DNA of 64,000 bases from Lepidodermella squamata (lineage: Eukaryota; Animalia; Gastrotricha). Below, piece by piece: positions 13,501 to 25,400 of the stretch (positions are counted from its first letter, which is position 1; each line of letters begins with the position of its first letter). A program made the position numbers and the translations under genes. The notes below the pieces were generated by a model, which ran no database searches, had not been told where the DNA came from, and saw only the letters and a list, made by a program, of their open reading frames with translations. The stretch spans positions 2,976,001 to 3,040,000 of the forward strand of contig JBLDXI010000013.1 in assembly GCA_047495785.1 (NCBI GenBank), read 5' to 3'.

Positions 13501-16500
13501 GCTGCTGAACTTTTCGAACTTGAGCAGCAGTCGCAATTTTTTATAGGTTTTCTGCTTGGTTGCTATTTTCTGGGCATAAAATCGCCACTAAAGCGCGACT
13601 CTTCGCTGAATTTGCTGTATCGAGTAATAGATTCTAGAAACGGCGTCAGAGAGCGAAGATTTCTGTAACGGTCTGCAGATTTTAGATCCAAGTGCCGATC
13701 TATTCCAAAACTGGCTAAGAAGCTAGAAACGAAGTTCATATCAATATCTTCTTCGTAGAAAAGCGTTTGACGCAGAGAAGTTGTTTTGATTTAGACCATC
13801 TTTTCCCCATATTTATATTTGAAATGACTGATACTGGATGTGTATCATTCTTATATTTTATATTTTATTTACCCTTGGAATTGTAAGTAAAAAACTTGAA
13901 ACCTTTCAAGTCGCAAAACAGGGCATTTGCGTTTATCTTTCAAAGATGCAAGTCATAATAAGTCTTAAGAGATAAACCACTTCGAAATTTTAAAACTCGA
14001 TTGATTTGATTTGACTTTTCATTTGGAGATGTTCGGTTTTAGGGTGGATAAAATGAACATAACTTGGTTTAAAACTGCAAAATACAGCTCTGCAAGTAAA
14101 TTTCCTGTGTGGTTGATTGGACTATGAATTGTTAGTCGAAACCCTGCCATATTTCATCCACCTTAATACTTTCATTAAATTGAAAATGTGATTATTTCAG
14201 ATGCCTCCCGAAATGATGCAACAGCAGCAAGTTAGTTACATGCCGCCTCACTCTCAACCTCAACAACAGCAACAATTTGTGCCAAACAACGGCGGCAATG
14301 CTGTTTACTCGAATATGATGGACACTTCGGGCAACTATGGAATGGGCGGCGACCCGAATGCGAACACCTCGATGACCATGCTGGATCCTTACAACCAACA
14401 GCAACAAAACGCGCCTCCGCCGCAACAACTCCCACCGCCTCAGATGTCGATGGGGGTGCCATACCCGGGCATGCACATGCACCCAGTTGAGATGCAACCG
14501 CACCCGGGTATGTACCCTCCCCAGCCCCCTCCGCCCGAAGACCCATTCCAGCAGCAGCAACAACAGCAACAACAAATGTTTCAACAACAACAACAGCAGC
14601 AGCAACAAGCTCAACAGATGTACCCTGCTCAACCGCCGCCGTCGTTGTACCCGGTCAATAACTACGGCCAGCCGCAACCGATGCCGCCTCAAATGCGCAA
14701 CGACGTTGCCAGCCCTCACTACCCGGCTCCACCCTCGAATTCCTCGATGATGATCCCGTCATCGCCGATGCAGCCACCTGTTGCTTCCCCGGCCAGCAGC
14801 CACCAGTCATTCCAGCATCAACAGGCCGGTTTAGTGCAACGGCGAGACTCGACAACCGGGTCAGGCCGGTCACCTAGGGGCGACAACACCCCGCACCTGG
14901 GCAGCCCAGTCCACTCGCCCATGCCATTCTGCCCGATGCCGTCTACATCGGCGCCGAGTATGGTTAAACAGAGCCCGATTAAAACGCCGACAACGCCTCA
15001 ACAAGCCATGTCTTTACTCCCGCCACAGCCGCAATTTCTCGACCAAAGCGGCGGGCTTCACCCGGCTGCGATTGCCGCGCAAGAAGCTGCTGAGCGGAGT
15101 GCGTTGCTTGAACAATACCGAGAGGCATACGCCCAGGTTCAGGCTGTTGAGCAAAAATTGGCGAAATTGAAACGGCAAAAGAAGAACTTGATGGCGAAGC
15201 AAATTCGGCATAAAAAGAGTAACCAGCCCTTAGACCCGGCTGATGAACAGGCGTTGAATAGTATCGGCGGAGAGATTCAGGCGGCGTACAAGGAGCTTGA
15301 GGTTGTGAAACGTAACGAAAAGCCCTTAGCGTCGAAGCTGGAAGACATGGGTGTTCCAATTAAAGAACTGACCTCGCAAACTAGTTCTGGCGGCGAGGAG
15401 CCGCACCATGACAAATCAAGCGACCAACCAACCCCGTCTCAACCGCCTCAGGAGCAACAGAGTGCGAATGCGTTCTGGTTCGGCGACCAGCAACAGGCTC
15501 CTCAACCGCCCCCACCACCACCGCCGCCGCCTTTCGACCCGAATCAGCAGCAATATCCGCCTCAAAATCAACAGCAGTTCCCACCCGGGTTCCAACAACA
15601 ACAACAACCTCAATTCCAACAACTTGGAGTGTACCAGCATCAACAGGTCATGCCACCGCCACCCCCGCCGATTCAGTCGCCTCGGTTCAACCAGGGGCCG
15701 CCTCAATTCCCGCCTCAGCAGCCTCAATTTGTGCCAATGCCGATGCCGCCTCAGGGTTACCCAGTCGGGTTCCCGCAACCCGTACCAGGGCAGTTTTTTC
15801 CACCCCCGCCCGGTATGACAGTCTACTCGCCGAATGGCCAGCCGATGCCGGTCCCTGGTCCGTACATGTACGGCCCGATGCATCCTCCTCAAATGCCTCA
15901 GCAGTTCTCACCGAATTTCCGGCCGCCCTACCCGAACCAGCAGTTTTTCCACCCGCAACAGCAAATACCGCCTGATCAAATGCAGCAGCAACAGCAGCAG
16001 CATCCACCTCAAAATCAGATGGAATTCGCGCAGCAACAAATGCAGCAAATGCATCACGATCAGCAAATGGCTCAACAACAACAGCAGCAACAACAGCAAC
16101 AACAATTTCAACAGGGTCAAGTCCCGCAAAGTCCGATGAAACCGCCCCAGCAACCAATGGGTGATTTCAACCCGATGAGTCCATCGAAAATCAACCAGCC
16201 TCGGCGGTCGATCAACGAAGACTCGAACAGTAACGACTTTTCTGAGGACAATTTGACCGAAGAGCAACGTCGTCAGTTGAAAATGATCGACAGCATGCCG
16301 TTGGTTCGCGAGGTTGTGAATGGCGGCGGCTCGGGAAATGGCGATGATCGGAAGAAGAAGCGACGACCGCCTGCGAAAAAGTCGAAACCAAACGCCGGCC
16401 CGTCGACGTCTACCTTCGAAATGACCGCGCCAATGATGCAGACTGTAGTCGGCCCGGACGGTATGCCGCTGCAAATGCCGCCGCAGCCTCACATGTTCCC

Positions 16501-19500
16501 GGGTCAGTTTCACCCGCCGCCCCACCCGCAAATGATGGTGATGCAGGGGCCGCCTCATCATGACCCGAACATGGCCTTTGCCATGGTCCCGCCGCCTCAA
16601 ATGATGATGCCTCAACCGCCTCCGCCACCCCCACCACCGCCTCAACCTAGCCCAATGCCGGTCTCTATGCCTCCAATGGCGGCGTTGCCTCCGAAGAGTA
16701 AAGCTGTTCGGAAGGTGAAACCGGAAAAAGCGGCTATGTTGCTGGATAAACTTCGAACCGGGCCTGGGCCACTTACGCTGATTCAACCACTTTTCGCCGC
16801 GCAAGTGACGCGGGCGCTAAAATTAACCGAGGGCGATCAGTTGTATGGCGATTCTCAGTTCAGTGATCTCGCCGATGCGTATTCCAACGTATTAGTACCT
16901 CAAATTGCGAGAAAACTCGAAAGCTCGCCAATCCCAGGGTTTTTCGACGGCCATCCGGGTTTATCGATTCGAATCCCGGAGTTACCGAGCCAGCATCCGT
17001 ATTTAGGCGACCGGCCTATAGCCTATCGAGAATACCCGCATGGAACAGGCCCGCTTGACTACGTCGACGCGTCTAGCCCGGAGACTATGGATGAAATCAA
17101 CCCGTTAAGGTGGATGGGCCGCCCTGCTGATAACGGCCGACCAGCTTCGCCAGTCATTCCAACGCCTCTAATCGCAGCCCGAAATTACCAAAAGCGCCAC
17201 GAAGGCAGATCATCAGTGCTAATGCCATTGAATGGCGAGCCTCTCGCCGTGACTTTCACCCTGCAATCTTCGGTTACACACGATATTGGCAACATGCTAT
17301 CGCGACTTGCGAAAATTTTGCAAACCGATGTGCCTGATTTGTTCGAAGTCGAAGATGTTAAGCTGGACCAGGCGATTTACAAACCGTCGAATTTCCAGAT
17401 TAAAGAAAATTCGATTGTAATCGCGAAGTTGGTCGAGGCGAATTCAATCCCGTGTATCGGATGCGGTCAGCCTGTTGACTCGACTACATCTCAAGCTCGT
17501 CGGTTGTCATTTACGACAAGTGATGGGCAGCGGAAGACGGTTGCGTTTTGTAACCAATCGTGCTCCCAGGCGTATCTAGCTCGACCGCATGGCACGAAGC
17601 GGCCGCCGTCTCAACAGCAATCGAACACCATGTCAACTCTGGGCGGTGATGAGTCGTCGATGCACTCGATTCACGACGAAACCAGCCAGCAGCATCTCGA
17701 CGCTATTGAGCACTCGAATGACGGCGAAAATGCTGTGGCGAACATTTCAGGGGGTGAGATTCCTGAAGATGTATCGCCCGAGACCCGGGTAGCGATTGAA
17801 ATGGCTGAAGCTGAGGCGAGGCGGGCTGAAACTGTGAGGTCGAAACGTTACCGGCCTGGCATGGGCGGCCGCGGTTCGATTTCGCACTCAGCCGGTGGTT
17901 CAGGCGGTCCGGGTGGGTTGCCTACCACTACCCTATCACTCTCAATGCCCCTGCCTCAACCTAAGCGGAAGAAGTGGAAAGGCTTAAGGTGGACTTGTTG
18001 GGACAGCAGATTCGGTCATACTGTCTCTTCGTCGAAAAAGGGCGATAAAAGCCGGAAAATGGCGCTATGTGATGCGGATATCAAACGGTTGTCATCGGTT
18101 TGCCGATTGTCACCCGCGAAGGGCGAAACCACCCCGCCTGGTGACAGCCGGGTCTGCATTCTCTGCGGTGGGGTCGGCGATGGCGATCCTGACGTGGCCA
18201 GTCGATTGCTGACCTACGACGTGAATCAATGGGTCCATCTTAATTGCGCGTTGTGGTCTTACGATGTCTACGAAACCGTCGGTGGTATGCTGGTTAACGT
18301 TCAAAAGGCGTATCTAACCGCCCAGCATCAACGCTGCTCGGTTTGCGAGAAGAACGGCGCGACTTTGGCGTGTTTCCGGCAACGGTGTAATGCGTCGTAC
18401 CATTTGCCGTGTGCCCGCAAGACTGGGTGTGCTTTTTTCCCGGACAAGACGTTCTACTGCCCGCCTCATAGAGCTGAGGTTCTGGGTATCGCACCGGAGA
18501 GTTCATCGCCCTCTGGGGCATCGCCGACTATGACTACTGGCAGTCAGCAGCTACCTCCGCCCTCGCCTAGTGGAGCCTGGGTCGAATTGAAATCTCTCGC
18601 ATGCAATCGTCGAGTTTACGTTGGTCGTGATGAGCTATCTCAGGTTGGTTTTATATATGAAAAAAGAATGCTTCGAGACATTTCAAAAATTCAAATCAAA
18701 TTAAGAGGAAGAAGTCGATTTATGAGATTCAACGATTTGGAAAATTGAGGTCGATAAATCAAAATTTTCGGCACGAGCGTTAGATTAAAAAATGGCAAAA
18801 AAAGAAAAATTAAGGGGGATTTTTAATTTTAGTGATTTAGTGTTAATTTTAATTTAACAGTTTAATTGTTAAGGAGGATTTTTTATTTCGTCTTGCTTGA
18901 ATTAATTTTAAATTGAAATTTTGCTCTTTCAATGTAGATTGGACAAATTTTGTTCGACGAAGAAAGCCGGCACACTTTCCGGATAAGCGCCGTGATTTAC
19001 CACTCAATCGGTAACCTAGCTGCCGTTCACATCCAGTCGAAAAACTTCAACTCTGCGCAACACATCTACCCAGTCGGGTACCTGGCGACTCGGTTCTACT
19101 GGTCAACAGGCAGCGTCACGACCCGCCAGACCTATTTATGTGCAATCACCGAAGCCCAGATGAAGCCTGTTTTTACTGTCATCCCGTTGGAAGAGCCGAA
19201 AATGCTGCCGGTTTCTGATTTGATGACGCTGGTCAACAGCGAGGATGAAACAGTCGTGAAATACAGCGGGCCGACGCCTAAAGCCGCTTGGCTGCCGATT
19301 TTGCAATCAATTGCGAAGTTGAGATCTGAATCTAGCAGTGTCCGGCTTTTCACCGAATTCACCTCAGGCGAGGAGTTGTTCGGTCTCACCGACCCTGTTA
19401 TCGTCCAGCTGCTCGAATCACTGCCCGGCGTTGAGTACTGCTCGAATTACACGTTCAAATTCGGCCGGTCGTTGTCGATCAAACACCCGTTGCCAGCTAA

Positions 19501-20562
19501 TCCGAGCGGTTCTTCGCGGTGTGAGCCGTACTTCCGCGCCCATGCTCGCCGGCCGCATACCCTGCATGCGCCGACTTCAGGAGCGAGCGCGTCGAGCGCG
19601 GCTGTCTCGAGCACCCAGCCGCTGATTGCGCCCATCAGCAGTTTTGCGTCAGCGGCTGGCGGCAAGCAGTTCCAACAGTCTCGCAGCGCTCAGTACAAGA
19701 AAATGAAAATGGACTGGCGCAATAATGTCTACCTGGCGAAATCGCGAATTCAGGTGAGTGCAATATTTTCATCTTTTCATTCAAAAATTGAAATATATTT
19801 TTCAAAAATGTTTCGTTTTCCAACTTATGAATTTTTTCTTTTCTAATATATGGCTTAAGTATTTAAAATATGGCTCATTATATGAAATTTCGCTAAATGT
19901 GAATTGTCCTCTTGGCAAAATTGAGGAGTTTAGCGACTTTTGAGGAAGATGGGAACATCCTGCGTGTAACTGGCTCAGTAAAAGCCCAGCAACAGGCCTT
20001 ATTTTCAGTAAATTTTTGAAAATTTGTCGTATCCCTGCTTTTATTGGATTACAGGTATTTTTGGAAGTTTTTCAGAATTTATATTAAAATTAAATTAATT
20101 AAGATATTAATTAAATATTTTCTAATTTCCTTTTTCTTACTATTTTTTACTATTTTTTATTTCATTTTCCAGGGTCTTGGTTTATATGCTGCACATGATC
20201 TGGAACGCGGTACCATGGTGATCGAGTATTTGGGCGATCTCATTCGAAACACGCTGGGCGATCGGCGCGAGAAGATGTACGAGTCGCAAAACCGAGGCGT
20301 TTACATGTTCCGCCTGACGCCGGATCTGATTGTCGACGCGACGATGAGCGGCGGCCTGGCCCGCTACATCAACCACTCGTGCCAGCCGAACTGCAACGCC
20401 GAAATCGTGCAGGTCGAGCGCGGCCACAAAATCGTCATCATCACGGGCCGCCGGGTTGTGCGCGGCGAGGAGCTGACTTACGATTACAAATTCGACTTCG
20501 AAGACGATCACAGGATTCCTTGTCTATGTGGCGCGCCAAACTGCAAGCAGTGGATGAACTGA
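7505..20562 (+). CDS. KMT2C: Histone H3K4 methyltransferase KMT2C/D (MLL3/4 class), ~3,240 aa; exons 7505-7749, 7804-9433, 10205-12397, 14201-18643, 18938-19753, 20173-20562
   Basis: N-terminal ePHD and PHD clusters, HMG-like box (SPVLYANL.HP.LK), Q/P-rich region, C-terminal ePHD, FYRN/FYRC, Win-like motif, SET (ARYINHSC.PNC) and post-SET (CLCGAPNC). All junctions are GT-AG and in frame. Confidence 0.95.
12535..13780 (-). pseudogene. Decayed coding relic inside KMT2C intron 3, possibly the core-binding domain of a tyrosine-recombinase element; partial second copy at ~12535-12640
   Basis: Frameshifted translation LFYEEDIDMNFVSSFLASFGIDRHLDL...GVKEGTRYNCVTAITAFLQYY...AMNRWHKARQA/TQTGLVKERVEKK. 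12548-12640 is a diverged direct copy of 13681-13770. Confidence 0.4.
13018..13308 (-). mobile_element. 5'-truncated retroposon (LINE 3' end) with (TAAA)n tail, nested in the relic above
   Basis: (TTTA)n-type run at 13018-13040; TGGCTT duplication at 13012-13017 and 13309-13314. Removing the insert restores the interrupted reading frame. Confidence 0.6.
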
Positions 20563-22034
20563 AACTATTACCAAACCTGACCTCTTCTGTAAATACGAAA
20601 AAATCATCTATAACGCTAAATATACCATATATATCAGTAACCGAATTATATTCCATCAAATCATTTTTTCTCTCTACTAAAACAAAACAATGTGTGATTT
20701 TTACTTTGTTACGCCGTTTTTTCGCGCAAATGTGTAAAAAAACAAATGACTTGTGCGGTGTCTTCTATTGTGTTTTTCTTATGTTTCGCCATTGTTTTCT
20801 TGAGAAAAAAACAATTGCTATCATATATCATTAAATTTATTCATGAATATATATATCCTTGAAAAGTGCATTCTCGAACATGATGATGATGATGATTTTT
20901 GGTACTGATATTGTGACTTGCGTGTAATAATATTTTCAATTAAACTGAATTAAAGACTTGATTGAATCCGAATTTCTCAACTTCAAAGAATGATTATACA
21001 TAAAAATGGCTCATATGTGTCGTCGATGAAACATCGATAATTGAATGTTTTGAATAATGTCTCAATGCAAAACCGTGCGCCTTAAGTATTCGCTCGAGCA
21101 TCAAAGAAAGAGAAAGAAAGTTAACGACTGCGAAAAATTGAAAAGTGATGAGCCTTGTTGTTTGGTTTTTGGTGCACTCTACCGAAAATAATTGCAGCTT
21201 TCGCGCGACATTAATTATTACTATCATCCGCGATTGAAGAACTTGTTGCTACATGTATTCACGTGAATAATAATATTGCCGATATATTATATAATTATTA
21301 CGCTGTCCAGCCGCCTTGTTTTTCGCTATTATGAACAAATTGTAATCAACAAGGCGTCTAATTTTTATTGTGTACCTATTGAGTTCGGTAAGAAGAGAAG
21401 AATTTAATTTTTTGTCGTCATTTCTTCGTGAGCCACTTTCGTTATATTTCTTGCTCTTGTAAAAATATTTGATAATACAAGATGATGATGATATGTTTTT
21501 TGTGTAGGATTGAAAATTTTCTGGCAATGTTTTCTGCGATTGTCAAATCTTTTGGATATAAAACTTTTGAAAAAAAATCACACGTAAATTTTTTGTGTAA
21601 TAATAATGATTGAAGAAACCTATTATTCTGAGAAATTGAATTAGTTTGATATGAAAAAGGCGATATCCGAAAAAAGTCATAATATTGTCGTCTGTGCGTC
21701 GCGCGTATTATATTCTTATTATTATAATTCTAACGATTACTACATGTGAACGTATTCTTCTGTTCCTATTTGTTGGCGAAATAAGTAAAAACAACATGAA
21801 CACTGATAAATTTGGTCTCTTCTTGAATTTTTTCAGGATTAATCGCTGTCGTAGCAAGAATCGTAAGCAGAGAGACAGGAGAACGAGAGAGGAAACTCGG
21901 CTGGAAACTTGAAACATGAATTCAGAGCGGTTTTCTTTAAGCTGGATCTTTTCACAAAATGCGCATGTACTTTCGTCGCTCAAACCTGCCAATTTTCGGC
22001 AACACTTTTCTGTGGCTGTACTGCGTAAAACCCG

Positions 22035-22125
22035 ACTACTTCAAATCCGACTCCCCTTTTTATGGTGAATAGACCTGGTCTTGAACTTGGCATGCCATAA
22101 AATTGGGAGTCGGATTCGAAGTAGT
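22035..22125. repeat. 91-bp hairpin / small MITE-like inverted repeat
   Basis: ACTACTTCAAATCCGACTCCCCTTTTTATGG pairs with CCATAAAATTGGGAGTCGGATTCGAAGTAGT (31-bp arms, 3 mismatches). Confidence 0.7.
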
Positions 22126-22433
22126 TCATACGAAGAAAAGCATATTGCGAAAAATGGCAATACTCTCACTGGCATGACGATGGGTCAGGCAGTTCAATGT
22201 TTGAATCACGAAGTTTTCAATGTAATCCCCGCACTCTCCAAATAGCAAATTGCGTGAATTAGTACCTTAGCAATTGTGTAGCAATTGTTTAGACGTGTTC
22301 AGCAATTATCCTAATTTAGCAGCAGTTCCACTAAATTTAACATCGCATTTATTTAATACTCCCCATGGTAACTGATCAGTGATGAATTTAAGTTAATCTG
22401 CTGATACCATTGTCACAATCAGCTTTGTTGTAA

Positions 22434-25400
22434 TTAAGCATATGTTTCACAGTGAAATGTCGTGAAATCAAAGCTACAGAAATAGTCGGTTATAACAGGG
22501 CTGCCATTAGAATTGCTCAAAATACCACAGGCATTCGCACCGTTATTTGGTTCACCGACGCGCCAAGGCGGGTAGTTGGCATATGGCGCGCCATCGGACC
22601 ACACCCATTGCCCAGGATCATTCGACAGACCAATGAAGCCGGCCGTGTTTGCAGAGACCGCCAGAGCATCGGCAGCTTCCGCCGGTGTCTTGATCGTCGC
22701 TAACAACCCGCCAATGCTCGCGCAAGTTGCGATCGCATTGTCGCGAGGCATTTGGGTAGAGTAGAATTTAAACTTTTTAACGGCGTTCTTGCAGGCCAGC
22801 ATGTTGGCGAAGGATGATGATGGGTACGGCTTCTCAGTGGCTTGGCAACCTGTCTGTCGGCATGTAACTGTGCCATCTTGTCCAAGGCACCGGTAACCAC
22901 CCTATTAAATTAAATCAACTTATTAACGCAAGAATTCGGAAAATAGAATGTCTACAACTCGATTTTGTTTTTGTCACTTGAGTATAAGCAATCGTTATCA
23001 GAAAGAAATGTGGGGCTTCTTGGAAATTTTGACATCGTAAGACATCGATGCCGCTTTCAAGATCGAACCGAATTACCGAATTAACGAGTCGAATGATATA
23101 AGAAAATAGGCTGATAGCTATTTTAGGGTTGGTGAGAATTTGGGCTTTGAAGTTGATCAAGGGAAAAATGCTAACTTGAACCATCCGTCACGCAATACAT
23201 TCTAATATTATTTTCTTTGCGCTGTCCTTTTATGCGCCAAAAGGAACTAGTATTCTTGTGTTAGTTTATTTGAATTTTTGCATGCAAAATTCGATCAGTT
23301 CAAAACTTGGCGCGCACGGGAAAATTCTACGTCCATTTGGCAACATAAGGACATAAGCAACAACGGGTAGCCTTTAACCACATGAAGCATGGAACGGGTA
23401 ACGCTTCCATGATTCATGTGAATCATTAGTGTCCAATCAAAGGGCACTGCTCTCTAAACCGGGTCTGCCCTTTATTTCAAACAAGCGACCTTTACCCTCT
23501 GCCTTATAAACGGGCCTGCCCTCTATTTAGGTTCTGCCTTCTAATATGGATTCTACGGTAAATAAGAAAAGCATGGAATCCAAGTATCGTCCATCTTGCG
23601 CAGGGAGCAATTGACGTGCACACGATGAACGATGCCTAGGGGGACATCGGGCGCGGAATGGTGCGGACGCGGAATGCAAATGGATTCTCAGGAAGAAGGA
23701 GTTAACTTTCGAGAATCCACCGAGCCACGATCGACTCAGGGAGTTTAGCGTCGATCGGAAGCAGGGGGAGATAGGACGCTGTGACGAGACATGGTTCTGC
23801 AGCTTGCCGGCCTTCAGGATAGGCACAACGGCAGCTCCTTTCCAATCGCGAGGTGGTTTTGCAGGACAGGACCGCCCCACTTCAGGTAGACGTTTTGAAT
23901 ACCATCCAGGCCGGGGGCCTTGAAGGAATGCAGACGGCTGACAGCATCAGCAAGCATCCGCTGGTTGACAGAAAACTCGCCACTGGCGGGTAAGCGAATA
24001 ACATAAGAAGCACGGACTTCAGGATCGGCAGCCATCATAGAGCTAGACATGAGCCGGGCCAGAGCCGAAGGAAAGACGGACCGTGACAGACGTGCAGAAA
24101 TGATCGCTGCTAAGGCGTTCGCCAATAGAGACGTCCTTATCGAGAAGACAAAGGGCCGCATCGTTAGCAATCCAGATATCGAGAGTAGACATGGTGCCGA
24201 TATTTCAGCCGATGTTGAATAAATTATGGTTCCAAATGTCGTTTTGAAACAATGTATCGCAGATTTTAAATAAAATGAGACATAAATATAAATTATACAA
24301 ATATTTAGGGGCGAAATGGGTCAATTTTTTCGCGACCTCGATTTTTGCCAGGATTTTACGAAATTCTGTCAACATTTTCTACATTTGGGGATTGATAACA
24401 GCTTTAAAGAAGCTTTAAAGAAGCTTTAAAAACTCACCGAGTTATGAAAACATCTAAAAATTGCAGGCATTGCAATGCTCAAAACTCACTGGCGTGTTTT
24501 CTGCCAAACAGGTCTGATAGTTGGTATCAAATGATGTCGAATTCGAGTAGAGCTTGATCTGATTAGAAATTAACATCGCAATTGTAACGTTAAGAAGCAA
24601 CGCAATATGTTATCTACCTGATTCGATCCCTCAGGGCATTGCCTTCCGAGGCACAGCGGGGTTCCACCTAAATCACACTGAACAGCAGCCTGGAATCGAC
24701 AAATTCTCATTAGATCTTATTTCGAGATTTTACTTATTAAAAAATTAACTCACCCCTCGAAGGCAGTTTTCCCGGTTGATGTACGAACCTGATTCTTGGA
24801 TCTCGTTGTTAGCCAAACAACCAGCTGAGCTGAGACGACAGCCATTGAAGATTCGCCCGGGGTTGCTGAAACAGCGGACATGTGGCTTCTCACTGTCTGG
24901 TACTTGAACTAAAAATCGATTTCAATATTCATAATAAGCGCATGTTAACCACAGAATTTCCTCACTTTTCCCGCCGACGCATGTAGCAAGGTTGGGGAAT
25001 GTATTACCACCGGTAGCCTGAAAAAAAGGATCGCCATAAACTGACTATAATAATATTCCAAATATATTAAAAATGATATATTAAAAGCGATAAAAATAAG
25101 ATTTAAATTAAAGTAAAAATTTGCAATTTAATTTTTTTAATTACATAAATTTCAGATGACTTTCGAGATTCACATACTGTAGTGTTCGGACAGGCTTGTT
25201 TAATTGGGACGCATGTGACCAGCGTACTATTCAACGAGCACTGCTTGAAGTTTTGATTCTGAAACAAATTAAATAACTTATTTCAAATGTGGCATGTTTT
25301 TAAATCACCGCAAAATTCATCCTATCGACTTCGCAGTATTCCAAACTTGCGCGAATTATTGCTCGACTGTAGAATGGCTGAAACTGATTGCAAAAAATTC

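Noticed and set aside
14192-16804. Long antisense and alternate-frame ORFs over the KMT2C Q/P-rich exon
   Set aside because: Shadow ORFs caused by CAG/CCG low-complexity codons.
20980-22000. Short ORFs downstream of KMT2C
   Set aside because: AT-rich, no recognisable motifs or consistent exon chain.
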